Shown here piece by piece: positions 1 to 15,670 of a DNA stretch of 64,000 nucleotides (the first letter of the stretch is position 1; every line of letters starts with the position of its first letter). The position numbers and the translations under genes were made by a program. The stretch is from the human T2T-CHM13v2.0 reference genome, Homo sapiens: the NCBI RefSeq assembly GCF_009914755.1, contig NC_060927.1. One strand, given 5' to 3'. Under the pieces are notes generated by a model that worked only from the letters and a program-made list of their open reading frames with translations, searched no databases and was not told where the DNA came from.

Positions 1-515
1 ATAGTGATGATTCTAGCTAACTTTAAGAGTTTGCTTTGCTGGACACTACAGTAAGTATTTTGGATGCACTGTCTCATTTAATCATCACAAGGATTCCTCC
101 AAATTCAGATATGGTTGTTTTCATTTCGAATGTGATGAAAGTGAGCCTTGGAGGACTTAAGATCACATAGCTAGTAGTGAGAATCTTTACCGTCTTGCTG
201 CACTGCCTTTGAGGCAGGGTTTGAGGCCTCTTGGCATTCTTTAGAATAATTACAGGTTGACTTGGCTTAGTATTTCTTGAAGGAAACTGCTCCCCTCAGG
301 AGGTGCTTAAGCCACAGCCTCTGAAATTGAGCAGGGTCTTACCCTTAGAGGTAGTAGAACCAGAAGTTTGTCCGCCGAACCTAGAACCTGGTTCAGGAGG
401 CAGGCTTTTTATATGACCTTGGGCGTGTCAGATTATTCCCAGTGCTGAGAAAAGTGTACCTGGTAGAGGGTTATATTATACAAGTTAGAAGCCGAGTCAT
501 TTCTGGACTTCAGAG

Positions 516-525
516 GGGGCGGGGC
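516..525 (+). promoter_or_regulatory. GC box (Sp/KLF consensus) in TFG intron 1
   Basis: GGGGCGGGGC near the promoter-proximal end of the window; motif match only. Confidence 0.3.
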
Positions 526-858
526 AAGGACAAGATGGGAGAAGAGCTTGTCGTAGGGCTCCTACTGGCAGTTCTAGGAACTAGTTAATACCAGTCTCTA
601 CTTTGGAAGAGAAAATGAGTACCAGAATTCTGTATGTGAAGTAATGTTGGGTTGGGATTTCCCCTTGAAGGGAAAGTTTTGTTGCACACTTACTTTTGAG
701 ATACTTTTGTGTTTACTCTGGGGAGATGACTGCAAGAGCAAACGACAGCTTTAGGAAAGAAGCACTGGTTCCTGGCCACAAGATGTTTACAGTCAATAGG
801 AAACACAAAAAGTGAATTTGCAGGTAAACACGGCAGATAGAAAGTATACGTGACTCAA

Positions 859-1155
859 TTTTTTTTTTTTTTTGAGACGGAGTCTGGCTCTGTCGCCCAG
901 GCTGTAGTGCAGTGGCGTGATCCCCCAGCTCACTGCAACCTCCGCCTCCCGGGTTCAAGCGATTCTCCTGCCTCAGTCTCCTGAGTATCTGGGATTACAG
1001 GCGTGCGCCACGACAACTGGCTCATTTTTGTATTTTTAGTAGAGACAGGGTTTCACCCTGTTGATCGGTCTGGTCTTGGACTCCTGACCTCGTGATCTGC
1101 CCGCCTCGGCCTCCCAAAGTGCTGGGATTACAGGTGTGAGCCACCGTGCCCGGCC
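859..1155 (-). mobile_element. Alu (S/Y-like), full length
   Basis: Poly-T, gagacggagtc...gtgagccaccgtgcccggcc. Confidence 0.95.
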
Positions 1156-2359
1156 CTCAAATTTTAAATCCATTGAAATTGGGCAACAAACCCGTACCCC
1201 AGTCAGAAGGACATACCATCAATTATCTTCAAAGCTGGAATTTTTTTCTTAATTAGGAGTGTGTCTGATGGAAGTCACTTCTAGCTACATAAAGAAGGTA
1301 CAGTGTGAGGGGTCGGATGTAAAAACTGATCTATATTACAGCTTTCTTCTCCCATAATTAAAAAATTTAAACAAAGTCTTTAAATTCTATATGTCAGGCA
1401 CTTTTCTAGGTGCTGCTGGGAATAGATAGTACCAGCTCACTGAAGCTAAGCACTGGTTCCTTTTACATTATTGCTGGTTTACACTTCTTGTAGGAAGGAG
1501 AAGGTAACAAATACATTGATTTATTGAAAGGTCTTTATTACTCTTAGGCTGCCAGAGCAAGCAAGATGGAATATTTACCATCTTGGTGAAGTAATTATAC
1601 TTTAGAGTTGGCACATAGTAGGTATTTAATAAGTAGTTCCTGAATACCGAAAGCATTGCAGAAGGCATTGCAGAAGGCGAAGAGTTGGTTGTGTGGAGAT
1701 TTCTGTTAATCACTGTCTTCACGAGAAGTCCATTGTGAGAACTGGCAGATAAAAAGCTAACTGTATTCTTATTTTGCATTAAGATAAGCATGGCATCCCT
1801 AGAGTGGAATGCAGTTCACTCTGTTCTGCATTGACCTTAGAGTGTTATATTTAGTTTTAATGACCCATTTCATTGAAGATTTATTAATAAAATATCTGTT
1901 GAGAGCATGGTGAGGGGTCTAGAGATATTAATTTAAGGACTAGTTAGATGGAAGGACCTAGCGTATTTATATGAAGAATAGTAGGGCATTAATATATAAT
2001 ATTCATATAATAGGATTCATGAAAACTTTTTTGAAGTACTTGAAGGGTTGATATGTTGGGGGAGTAGGTGAGTGCTTTCACATACCCCGAAAGAATAAAG
2101 AATAATTGCAGAGAAGTGTGGTGTTAATGAAATAACAGATTTAAGAGGAGGAAGCAGAAAGCTGCTAGTAGTAAGGCGGGAAGTTGAAACTAGAATGTGG
2201 CCAGTAGTAGTTTGTAGGATACCTTGAAAAGTCTCAAGAGATCATTTTCTTGGGGCAGGAGGAGGAAGGAGTTATGCTTGGAAAATGTTCAGCGATTATA
2301 GATAACATTCAGGAACATCTTGGCCTTGAGAAGAAGAGATATTAATCCATTATTTTTCC

Positions 2360-3190
2360 CTTTATTTAATAGCTGTTGAATGACTGTTGTCTGCTAGGCA
2401 CTGTTGTAGACTCTGGGAATATGGAAAACATAATCGTTTACTTCCTACCATCAAGTGGAAAAGACAATAAAATGTTATAAATTTTTAATGTCTGGTAGTG
2501 TTAAGTGCTTTGAAGAAAAATAAAGCAGGATAAGAAGATAATGCCAGGGGAGCCATTTTAAATTAGATGGTTAGGAAAGATCTCTCTCAGTTAACACTTG
2601 ATAAGGAATCTGAATCATATGAGGGGTATCAGAAAGGGTCAAGACAAAGGGAAAACTTGAAGTATGGGAATAGCAGGGGTGAGTGAAGAAGAGAGGTAGG
2701 AAATGAAGTTAAATACTTGGCCAGGGACTGGAGGCCAGATGATTTTATAGGTCTTGCTTTTTGGGATGAGAATGCATTGGAAGGTTTTGAACAGAATGAT
2801 ACTAGGTTTTACTTAACAGTGTTAACTCTGGTGTTCTGAGACTAGATTAAAAGTGGGCAAAGGTAAAAAGCAGGCAGACTGGTTAGGAGTCTTTTCCAGT
2901 CATTTAGGCAAGTGATGATGGTGGCTTGAATCAAGTTGATAGCAGTGAAGGTGCTGAAGTGGTTGGACCCCAGAGTTATTTTAAAGGCAGTGGCAACCAT
3001 ATTTTCTTGGCAGTTTGGATGTAAGGTTTGAGAGAGAGAGATCAACCAAGATTTTTTTGTCTTATACAACTCGAAGGAAGATAAAGAAGCCTCTAGGAGA
3101 GGCAGGTTTTAGGTGGAAGATCAGGAATTTATTTTTAGATATATTAAGAAAAATCTAAATGGTCATGTCAGATGAACAGTTAAATATGAG
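2360..3190 (-). mobile_element. L2 LINE remnant
   Basis: tgctaggcactgttgtagactctggga and purine-rich body typical of antisense L2; edges approximate. Confidence 0.55.
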
Positions 3191-3422
3191 AAAAAATAAT
3201 AGTAGACGTAAAATAAAAGCTTATTTTATTATCCCTACAGTAAAATAATGTTGCCTCCAGACCATTTTAACATAAATATGGTAACATGGGGATAATGAAT
3301 CTTTTGGAGGCTAGAGTTTCTTAGCATCTAATAGTAGCTTTGCTCTCAACTTTTACGGTATGTTTTGTTGTTTAATTATCAAAACCACTTTTATCAGTCT
3401 TTCTCTAGAGTTGTATATATAG

Positions 3423-3826
<404 letters not shown>

Positions 3827-3972
3827 TAAGTATTGTATGTGTTATTTTGCCCATTTTTATTGGACTCTTTCCCATCCTCTCTTCACGGTAGTTGAGACCT
3901 CACTTTCTTGTATTGAATGTGATGTTCCTATAGTTACTATAATTCTCTCATCAGTTAAAATTAGCTAAGTGG

Positions 3973-4267
3973 GGCCGGGCGCAGCAGCTCATGCCTGTAA
4001 TCCCAGCACTTTGGGAGACCGAGGTAGGCGGATCATTTGAGGTCAGGAGTTCAAGATCAGCCTGGCCAACATGGCGAAACCCTGTCTCTACTAAAAATAC
4101 CAAAAATTAGCTGGGCGTGGTGGTGTGCGCCTGTAATCCCAACTACTCGGGAGGATGAGGCAGAGAATTACTTGAACCCGGGAGGTGGAGCTTACATTGA
4201 GCCAAGATCGTGCCACTGCACTCCAGCCTGGGTGACACAGCAAGACTCCGTCTCAAAAAAAAAAAAA
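3973..4267 (+). mobile_element. AluS, full length
   Basis: ggccgggcgc...poly-A; degenerate TSD tagctaa(g/t)tgg. Confidence 0.95.
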
Positions 4268-4902
4268 TAGCTAATTGGTTTATTAGAAGGGAATTTTAAG
4301 TGTTAGAACATTTTCACATACATTTTTTTTACAAGCATTATTTTCTCCTTTTGTCCATATAATTCTGGTTTCTTTTAGCTTAAAAAAATTTTTTTTCTAT
4401 TCTTATTTCCCGAAATGAAAGGTTTTAGTATGTATTGAATGAAAAAGGATTTTATGGTCAACTAAGTAAGGGAAAGCTGGTTTAAACAAAGACAAAAGTG
4501 TTTCTTTATTGTAGGAGTTTTCAGATTATGTAATATGCTTATATACATTTTCAGAAGTTAGTAGTATGCAGTGTTCCCAGACTCATTTGTTGACAAAATT
4601 ATCTTTATGGAAATAGGTTTTGAATGAAAAATGTTTCGGCAAACACACTGAGTAGAATTATAGTAGTAGACTGTATTTCCTATTCTTCAACCTGCCTTCT
4701 TTGTTAATATCTCTGCTGAAATTTTCTCTTTAGGTGGTTACCAGTGTTTTTTACTGTGGAACTTACTTGCAGTGTATTTAATCTTGACCTCACTGTTTAG
4801 CACTGCTACCCACACCATCCTTGTTTTTAAATACTTTTACCTCTTAACATCTCTGACACTGCTTAACCTAGTTTTCTTATCACTAACAGTTTTTTCTCTG
4901 TC

Positions 4903-5280
4903 TGTGTTAGGGTTGGGCTTAAAGTAATGCCAGCAGATATAATAGAAATCTTAAAATCTGAGTGGTTTAATAGTTGAGAAATCTTTCAGGGATCCAGGTT
5001 GAAAGAAGCTGTTACCTTCAACACATGGCTTATAAGCTCACCATAGGCATTGACATTGGCAAGCAGATGAGTGAAGACAGAGTATGAAGAATCATATGGG
5101 AGATTTTACTCACTAGGCCTGATGGTGTTGTATGTCATTTCTGCCCTTATGACATTGGTCAGTACCCAGTTACATGGCTTTGCTAAGATGCAAATGGGTT
5201 GGGAAGTATAGTCCCTGGCTGAGCAGCCACTTAGCACAACTTATACTGTGGAAGAGAAGTGTAAATCACTGGTGATCAGT
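4903..5280. mobile_element. Old MaLR (MLT1-like) LTR remnant
   Basis: Resemblance to MLT1 consensus from memory. Confidence 0.4.
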
Positions 5281-5481
5281 TAAATTGACCATCTAGCTAA
5301 AGGTATAATTCTCCTTTGTTTTTGTGATGTGTAGTCTAAGAATACCCAAAACAAATTTTTGAGAGTTGCCCATGTTAAGAAACAATAAAGGATAGTACTT
5401 TTTTCCTGTTTTCTTATGCTTATCATACATTGATTTGCACCTCTGTGACTTTGAAATGTGTGTCTTAATTTGATCAGTGAA

Positions 5482-5626
5482 TTTTTTTTTTTTTTGAGAC
5501 AGGGTCTCACTCTCATCCAGGCTACAGTGCAGTGGCATGATTATAGCTCATCATAACCTTTAACTCCTGTCCCCAGGCAATACTGCCAACCCGGCCTCCC
5601 AAAGGCATAAGCCACCATGCCCAGCC
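5482..5626 (-). mobile_element. Alu monomer/partial AluJ
   Basis: Poly-T, gagacagggtctcactc...gccaccatgcccagcc. Confidence 0.85.
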
Positions 5627-5679
5627 TACAATTCAGATTTTTAACTTTTTTTTTTTTTTAGCAAAGTCCCAAGAGTACT

Positions 5680-7660
5680 TTTTTTTTTAAATTTTGTTTT
5701 AATTGACAAATAATAATTGTACATATTTATGGGGTACATAGTAATGTTTCATTACATATAATGGGATTAGATCAGGGTAATTCGCATATCCATCACCTCA
5801 AATATTTATTTCTTTGGGTTAGAAACATTCAATATTCTCCTTCTAGCTATTTGAAATTATATAATATGTTATTGTTAACTGTAGTCATCCTATAGTGCTA
5901 TAGAACACTGGAACTACTTCTATCTAGTTGTACTTTTGTGTCTTTTAATAAATCTCTCCCTATCCCTCTTTTCCCCTACCCTTTGCAGCCTCTACTGTCA
6001 TCTGTTCTGCTTTTTACTTGTATAAGATCAACTTTTTTTAGCTTCCACATATGAGAGAGAGCATGTGGTATCTTTTTAACTTAATGTCTTCCAGTTCCAT
6101 CCATGTTGCTGTGAATGACAGGACTTCATTCTTTTTTATGGCTGAATTGTATTCCATTGTGTATATATACCATATTTTCTTTATCAGTTAATCTGTTGTT
6201 AGACACTTAGGTTGATTCCATATCTTGACTATTGTGAATAGTGCTGCAGTAAAATGTGAGTGCAGATTTCTCTTCAATATACTGGTTTCCTTTCCTTTAG
6301 TTAAATATTCAGTAGTGGCATCGCTGAATCGTGTGTTAGTTCGATTTATAGTTTTTTGAGGAACCTTCATACTGTTCTCCCTAGTGGCTGTACTGTTGAC
6401 ATTCCTACCAATAATGTGTAAGAGTTCCCTTTTCTCTTCATTCTTGCCAGCATTTGTTATTTATCTTTTTGATAATAACCATCCTAACTGGGGTGAACCT
6501 TGTTGTGGTCTTCATTTTCCTGATATGTGTGCATTTCCCTGATGATTTGTGATTTTGAGCATTTTTTCATATATTTATTGACCATTTCTATGTCTTTTTT
6601 TGAGAAATGTCTGTTCAGATCATTTGCCGATTTTAAAATCGGATTGATTGTTTTTTAGCTGTTGAGATGTTTGAGTTCCTTCTATATTCTGAATATTCAT
6701 CCTCTGCCAGATGAGTAGTTGTATTTCCTCCCATTCTGTAAGTTCTCTTTTCACTCTTGATTGTTTCCTTTGCTGTGCAGAAAAGTTTTCCAGTTTGAGA
6801 TAATCATATTTATTTTTGCTTTTATTGACTGCACTTTTGAGGTCTTATTCATGAAATCTTTTCCCGACCTATTAAAGAGGTTATCCTTTTCCTAATGAGT
6901 GGTCTTGTCAAAAGTCAGTTGGCTATAGATAACATGGATTATGTTCTTTTGTTCTATGTGTTCTATTGATCTATGTGTTTGTTCTCTTGGTCAATGGGTC
7001 TGTTTTTATGTCAGTTCTGTTGGTCTGTGGGTCCGTTTTTGTGCCAGTCCATGCTTATTACAGCTTTGTAGTATATTTTGAGGTCAGTAAGTGTGACACC
7101 TTCAGCTTTGTTCTTTGCTCAGTATTGCTTTGACTGTCTGGGGTTGTATGTAGTTCTGTACAAATTTTATGGTTTGTTTTTAAATTTTTATGAATAATTT
7201 TATTGGTAGTTTGATAGGGATTGAATTGAATCTGTAAATTGCTTTGAGTAATTTTGTCATTTTAACAATATTTGTTCTTATATAAGCATGGGATGTCATT
7301 ACATATGTATGCTCTTTGGTTTCTTTCATCAGTGTTTTTTTTTTTTTTGTAGAGGTTTTTCATCTTCTTGGTTAAACTGCTTCCTAGATATTTAAAAAAA
7401 TTTTTGTAGCTGTGGTTAATGGGATTGCATTTTTTATTTTGTATTGTATGTGTATAGAAACACTACTTATTTTTGTGTACTTATTTTGTTTCTGGCAGCT
7501 TTATTGAATTCATTTATTGGTTCTAAGGGTTTTGGTAGAGTTTTTAGGTTTTTGTTTATATAAGATTATGTCATCTGCAAACAGGGACAGTTTGCTTCCT
7601 TCCCAATTTGGATACCTTTTATTTTTTTCTCTTGCATAATTGCTCTGGCTAGTACTTGCT
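5680..7660 (-). mobile_element. L1MA-type LINE 3' portion
   Basis: ttaattgacaaataataattgtacatatttatggggtaca 3' end; decayed ORF2 (e.g. ORF 7566-7754 KKIKGIQIGKE). Confidence 0.9.
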
Positions 7661-7669
7661 TAACTGTCT

Positions 7670-7980
7670 TTTTTTTATTTTTTATTTTTTTGTCTTGAGA
7701 CAGGGTCTTGCTCTGTCTCCCAAGCTGGAGCGCAGTGGTGTGATCATGGCTCATTGAAGCCTTGAACTCCTGGGCTCAAGCAGTCCTTGCAACTCAGCCT
7801 CCCGTGTAGCTGGGACTGCAGGCATGTGCCACTGCACTCAGCTTCTTATTCTTAATGTTTATCAAAATGGGGGTCTCACTGTGTTGCCCAGGCTGGTCCT
7901 GAACTCCTGGGCTCAAGCGATCCTCCTGCCTTGGCCTGCCAAAGTACTGAGATTACAGGCATGAGCCAGTGTGCCTGGCC
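7670..7980 (-). mobile_element. AluJ
   Basis: Dimer with TSD ttaactg(t/c)cttttt. Confidence 0.9.
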
Positions 7981-8066
7981 TTTAACTGCCTTTTTTCCCA
8001 CTTGAAGATGCTTTGCCTTTATCTCAAACTGACCTCATTGACTGGCTTTCTCTTAACTACTGTTTA

Positions 8067-8240
8067 GGGCAAAGGTCAGCAAACATTTTCTTTAATAGAT
8101 CAGAGAGAATAAATATTGTAGCTTTGTGGGTCACATAAGGCCTCTGTCTCATCTTTTTTTTACAATGTAAAAACCATTTTTCATTCACAGACCTATAACA
8201 ACACAGGGATTTTGTCCGTTGGTCACAGTTCATGGACCCT
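8067..8240. mobile_element. MER58-like hAT DNA transposon
   Basis: ggtcagcaaac...aaatattgtagctttgtgggtcacat...gaccct. Confidence 0.6.
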
Positions 8241-8248
8241 TAGCTTGA

Positions 8249-8620
<372 letters not shown>

Positions 8621-9720
8621 TGATTGTTTTGATTTGTGTCCGTTAGATTCTGTTAGTAGAGTGGAGGGATGGCTTAGGTAAAGTTCCTGCCATCAGAGAT
8701 ACTCTGTTTCTGTTGTAGGATTCAGAAAAGAAAAAAAGAACAGGAAGTTTTCTTCTTTTACATACATACTTTATTTTCTTTAAAAAATGTGTTTATGAAA
8801 ATTGAACATTAAACAAGTATGTTATGGGAAGTGGGTCTGGCTATAAGGAGCTAAAAACAGTTATAAAATTCTCAGTTTTGTCATCTTTGCCCAAAATAAA
8901 TCCAACTAATTAGTGTTAAAGTAGGTGCAGCAGAGCATCCCAGAAGTAGTCTTGTGGCCTCCCCAGGACAGAACTCCTCCCCACCCAACTGTTTGTGAAG
9001 ACACCCTGCAGAGGTCCCTGATGAACTCCTTGTCTCTGGCTGCTTTTCTGTTCTTGCTTTCTTTAGAGAATGTATTTTTCCCTTAGCCCTTTGAAAGCTT
9101 TTGAGACACACAGTTGGTATGCCAATTATAGCATTCTTTATCCCTGAGATCTGGGGGATTTCACGGTCATAAATACACACTGTTTTGAATATATAAATAT
9201 TTTTCTGGGGAGAGTTGATTGTTTTCATCTTAATATCAAAATGGTCAGTGACCTGAAAGAATTTACTGTCTATCCATTCATTAAAGCAGTTTTGCAACAG
9301 TAGTGTTTTACTCTACCTATGATTAAGATTTGAACTTTGGGAAACTTTTTTATTTCTTGGTAAAAGATGTAAATTTTTTGGAATGAAAAGATTTCAGTCT
9401 AAACCAACAATTTATGATATTGCTCTCTATGAATCTCTTACTAGTGACTAATAAATATTAAGGCACTTAATGGATTCACTTTAGCTGTATTTTTTCATGT
9501 GGATATGTGTAAATACCTTGCCATAAGAGTAATAAGCAAAATTGATTTAGTATATTTTTGAACAAATGCATTTTTGCTAGACCTTTAAAGTTTAAGGTTT
9601 CTATGGGAGAGTCCAACTATGTTCTACAATCTACATTTTGGATTTTTAATTTTTACTAGTTTACTGCTTATACAAATCTGAAAATTTAAAAAGTTAAAAA
9701 ACAACCTTTTTTTTTTTTAA

Positions 9721-9816
<96 letters not shown>

Positions 9817-10191
9817 TAGTAAACTTTCTAATGAATTTACTATTTTATTCATTGTATTTTAAAGATGTTTGGCTTTTTTCCTTTTAAAGACTCAGGTAAG
9901 CAATAACTTATTCAAATATTATTACATTTATTTGTGTTCAGGTAGTTGTTTTAGATTACTTGAAGCTTATGGCTGTGTATGTTTTTAAGAAAATGATAGA
10001 AGTTTAATTCAGTAAGAACAGAGTGTTAAGTATTTTTTTTTGAAATCAGGTATAACTTAGGTATCCCTGGTGCAGTATTATAGTTTTAATTTAGCTGTAT
10101 TAGAATTTTTAAATTGTAATTATCTTCCTTCACATTACAGTATGTTGTTACTTATTATCAGGGCTTAACATGTAAGTCTGATACTTGAAAC

Positions 10192-10451
10192 CAGTAGTCG
10201 CCAACCTTTTTGCACTGGAAACTGGTTTCGTGTAAGACAGTTCTTCTATGGAAGGGGGCAGGAGAAGGTTTGGGGATGAAACTCTTCCACTTTGCATGTG
10301 CAATTCACAATAGGGTTCACACTCCTATGTGAATCTAATGCCACTGCTGAACTGACAGGAGGCGGAGCCCACCACTTAACCTCCTGCTGTGCTGCCCAGC
10401 CCGGTTTGGTTCCTAACAGGCCACAGAGTAGCACTGGGTTGGGGACCCTTG
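10192..10451. mobile_element. MER1B-like hAT-Charlie DNA transposon
   Basis: Decayed TIRs cagtagtcgccaacc / ggttggggacccttg; internal gaatctaatgccactgctga...acaggaggcggagc. Confidence 0.75.
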
Positions 10452-11577
10452 CTTTAGACAGTATTTCCCGAGGGGTACTTAAAGATTAAAAATAGTTCTG
10501 ATAAAAACCAATAGAAGACTAATTTTAATCTTTTAGATTTTTTCTTTTAGATCTTAATAGATATGCAAGGCAGAACTCTTAAGGGACAAGATAGAAAAGA
10601 TTACAGAGTTAAATGGTAGTGTGATTATGTGAAAAATAAAATGTGTACACTTTTTCCGGCTGTTTTGTTGTTTTGTTTAGCATTAATTTTATTTTTTTTT
10701 AATTTTGTTGCATGAAACTTAGAGTTCAGTATGAAATATGATCATGGTCTATTGATTTAATTTGTATCTATTTCATCTCCATCTAGGAAGGATGAATATG
10801 AATAATCAGAATTTAAATGTTAATAACAAAAACTGTTTAAAATTATTTAAAATAAAGGTATCTTTTTACAGTATTGAATGTAAAATACTTAACTATTGAC
10901 TAGGCATAAAGCAGATTAGATAATCTGAAGACCCTTACTTTAAACAGGATCTGCTAGATAAACTTACAAATGTGTTTTCTGAATTCTGTAACTCAGCTTG
11001 CACAGGAAAGTAAGGGAAATATCCAGGGAACAAAAAAGTAGAGGGAACTAAAGGCCTGATGTACCAAAAGCTGAAACTTGGGGTGTTCTTGGTGGTGATA
11101 GTAGAGATTTTAGCCTGCATAATTTAAGGAATTGCCATCTGGTGTCTACATGGTGTAGGCCCTTGGTCCTAGTCCCTCAGTAGGCCATGCTTTCAAAAAG
11201 AATATTTTAGAAAAGTCTACCTTGATACAGGGAAAGTCAAGGAAGCTTAACTCTTATACCTTGGGCCGTCAGGGGCTTGGGAAGTCTCCCTTCAGGATTC
11301 ATAATTGTGGTCCTTAGGTGAGTTGGGTTTAAATTTAAACTATCCATGTAGTTTGGTAACTCCCAAGCCCAGATGTTACCATTTTAGAAAAATCTCAGAA
11401 GAAAGGCCAAAATCTCTCTTGAGGGGTATATTCTCAATCCAGGTCACATAGGTTTCTCACAGACAAAACCGTAAGACACATGAAGCTGTCAGGTAAGCAA
11501 GAACCACTGGACACAACTAATAGCAGGATTAGATTTTCAACAACTTCAGTTAAGATATGTGATAGTCTACAAAATTA

Positions 11578-11949
<372 letters not shown>

Positions 11950-14641
11950 TTATGGAAAAACAATAAACAGATTTTATAAAGAACTTAAAGTAACTTGGAA
12001 ATGAGAAATATAATCATTGAAATTAAATACTAAGTGGATAGGTTAAACACATTAGTCATAGCTAAAAAGAGAATTAGTGAACTGAAAAGGAAATCCAAAG
12101 AAATTACAGAGTAAAGCACAAAAACACAGGCAAAAGAGAAGTTGAAAATGAGAACATCCAGAATATTTCTGTTCAGAGTTTCAAGAAGGAGAGAATGGGA
12201 GAGTGGAAATACATTGAGGTAATGACTAAAGAAATTTTCAGAGTTATATAAAAGCTATAGACCCTCAGATTCAGAAGGCACGGGGAGCCTTGAGCAGGGA
12301 TAAGTAAAAGTAAATCCCCACTGGACATATTGTCATGAAACTGGAAAATGTCTTAAGACAGAGAGATTACCTTAAAAGTAGCCAGAGAGAATAAGACTGA
12401 TCACATATGAAACAATTAGACTGTTAGTAGACTTCTTCATAGTAATAATAGAGGCTAAAAGACAGTATTATCACAGTTGCAAACAGTAAAGAAAAATAAC
12501 TAGAAAAGTAGCATCCTATACTCCACTAAATTTCACGAATGAGGAGAAGTAAAAATACTTTGAAAGACTGAGAATTTACCACTCATGGACCCTTGTTAAA
12601 ATAATTTTTAACAGTGGTCTTCATCAAGAAGGAAATTTAGTCCAGAAGGTGGTGAAAGATGCAAGAAGCAATGTGAGCAGATAAACTGTTGCTTGGTCAG
12701 TAGGCTATGCTTTCAAAAACTATTTTAGAAAAGCTTTTCCATTGATACAGAAAAAGTCAAGGAAGCTTAACTCTTAAACCTTGGGCTGTCAGGGGATTGG
12801 GAAGCACCAATGAAATTTATGTGTACGTTTTAATGAGCATTGATTGTTACAAAATTAATAGTCTTAGGGAATAAAAACAATTTGGGACAAAAATACTGGG
12901 CAATAATATGTAAGAAAGGAAGGGATGATAGGAATAAAAATATTTTAAGGACTTATTTGGGAGGAACATTGTAATTACCTTTAGATTTTTTTAATTGCAT
13001 ACTACATATGCAGAAGTATGCATGGTGTACATGTAAGAGTTATAATTGAAAAATTAGACATTGTCAGGAAAGGAGAAAAAAAGAAAACAAGGGTACCTGT
13101 TCAGTTCAGTAGAAAGTGGTGGCGGAATAAAAGAGGTAGAAAGCTCAATAGATAGAACAGAATACTAATCACAGTACACAGAAATTGACTACATATATCG
13201 GTTAAAATAATCTCTTAATGGAATTTTAAAAAAAATCCAGTTCCATGCTACTTCCAAGAGACATAAAAGATTATTATGCAAAGCTTGAAAGTAAAGGGCT
13301 AGGAAAAGAGACTAGACAAATGCAAAGAAAGCTGGTTATTAACAGAATAGACTTATATAAAAACTTGAGTAGTAATAGTCACTTTGTGATGATAAAAAGA
13401 ATAATTCACTAGGACTATATAGCAATCTGAACACTTATGCATGTTAGCTTTAGATGTTTTCCCCTAAGAAAAATTGACAGAACAAAGAGAAATCAATAAA
13501 TTTACAATTATGGGAGAGCCGATAAATCAAGCAGGCTCAAACAGCGTTGGTCTTGTACATCTAGCAGTTAGGGAGAAATACAGTTTTTTTTTTTTTCGAG
13601 TACTCATAGTGCATTATAGAAGTTGACTGTAAGTCAAGTCTTCCAGAAAATCCCAAAATGTAACAGATAATTAGATATCTTAAAGGTCATATTCTCTGGC
13701 TTCTTTAGAGACTATTGGACAGAATATGTAACCCAAATTTCCCTACTTTTGGAGACAAAATATGGTTTTAAATAAGTCAAAGAAGAAATAATAATGGGAA
13801 TTATAAATAAGTAGATAATGACTTCTATGTAACCAAGTTTTTAGAGAATGCTAAAGCTGTACTTAGAGTAGTACTTACAGCCTTAAATACTTTATATTAG
13901 TAAACTGGATTGGAAATTTTTGAGCAAGGTATTCAAACAGTTACAAAAGGACAAACCTCAAATAACTTGGAAGGAAATAATAAGAGCAGACGTGAACTAG
14001 AAATTGGAATTGTTAAGATCAACAATTTTGAAAAGATGCAGTTGGCAAATCTTTATGAGGATTAGTTAAGGAGAAACAAGGCACAAATAAGCAATGTTAG
14101 AAATGAAGTTTATAGTAGAAACTTTAAAAATTTATATATACCATGAATTCCTTTATTTAAATTTGAAAACTCAGGTGACATGGACAGTATCCTAGGTAAA
14201 TTTAATGTACTGTTTCAAGAAGTAGAAAAATTGGTTGCCCCAATTAACATTAAAGAAATTGGGCCAACTATTTTACCAAATATCTAAGGAACAGATGATT
14301 CTAAATTATACAAACTATTCAAGAGCATAGGCAAAGAGGGAATATACACTAATTCATTTTGTGGGGTTAATATAACATTAACATGAAAACCAGCCAAGGA
14401 AAATGCAAACCAGTGTCACGTATGAACATAGATAGAAAATATTAAGTAATATTTACAAATCAAACTCATCAGTGAATATTTAAACACACCAGTGTCAAAA
14501 TTGCTCACCCAAGGAGTCTAAGATTGCTTTAAATTAGAAAATCACATACTATTTTCCATAAAACAGATTAAAGGAGAAAAACTAGATCATCTCTAGATAA
14601 AGAAAAGCCATTCATATCTCAATCATGTTGAAAAGTCGTAG

Positions 14642-14957
<316 letters not shown>

Positions 14958-15248
14958 AAAAGGGAATTCTTTTACCTCATATGGGGGCATTTATTACGTA
15001 GAACAACTGCTGTATGCCTAATATAAAAGGATTATAAATGTAACTAAAATACCTATTATAATTATATACAACAAAAGATACTTGGGATAAATCTAACATG
15101 GCAAGATTGTTTTGGATGAAACATAAAATTTTTTAAAATCAAGTAGGGGAATGGGTTTTGAGGAAAGGTACTCTGGGAGATTTAATTATGTCTATGCTGT
15201 TTCATTTCTTAGTGGTTAGGAGCAAAGATGAAAAAAATACTAAGATTT

Positions 15249-15558
15249 GGCCAGGTGCGGTGGCTCACACCTGTAATCCCAGCACTTTGGGAGGCCGAAG
15301 TGGGCAGATCACGAGGTCAGGAGTTCGAGACCAGCCTGGCCAACATGGCGAAACTCCGTCTCTACCAAAAATACAAAAAAAAAAAAAAAAAAAAAATTAG
15401 CTGGGTGTAGTGGTGCGTGCCTGTAATCCCAGCCACTTGGGAGGCTGAGACATGAGAATTGCTGAACCTGGGAGGCAGAGGTTGCAGTGAGCCAAGATCA
15501 GGCCACTGCATTACAGTCTGGGTGACAGAGCAAGACTCTGTCTCAAAAAAAATATAAA
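15249..15558 (+). mobile_element. AluS with expanded middle A tract
   Basis: Full dimer; A run of about 22 nt at 15375-15396. Confidence 0.95.
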
Positions 15559-15670
15559 TACATATTAAGCTTTAACAAAGATGGGTGTTTAGTAAGTTTA
15601 TCTTGTTGTGTGCTTGAAATGGTTCATTAAAGTCTTATGATTATATTCACACTAATGAAGATACATTATT

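Noticed and set aside
713-958. Alu-derived ORFs (also 4037, 8291, 8383, 11575, 11582, 14648, 15158, 27602, 46023, 53061, 57833, 62556, 62728)
   Set aside because: Typical translations of Alu sequence, not genes.
8881-9297. 138-aa minus-strand ORF
   Set aside because: Non-ATG start, no recognisable domain or splice context; likely chance.
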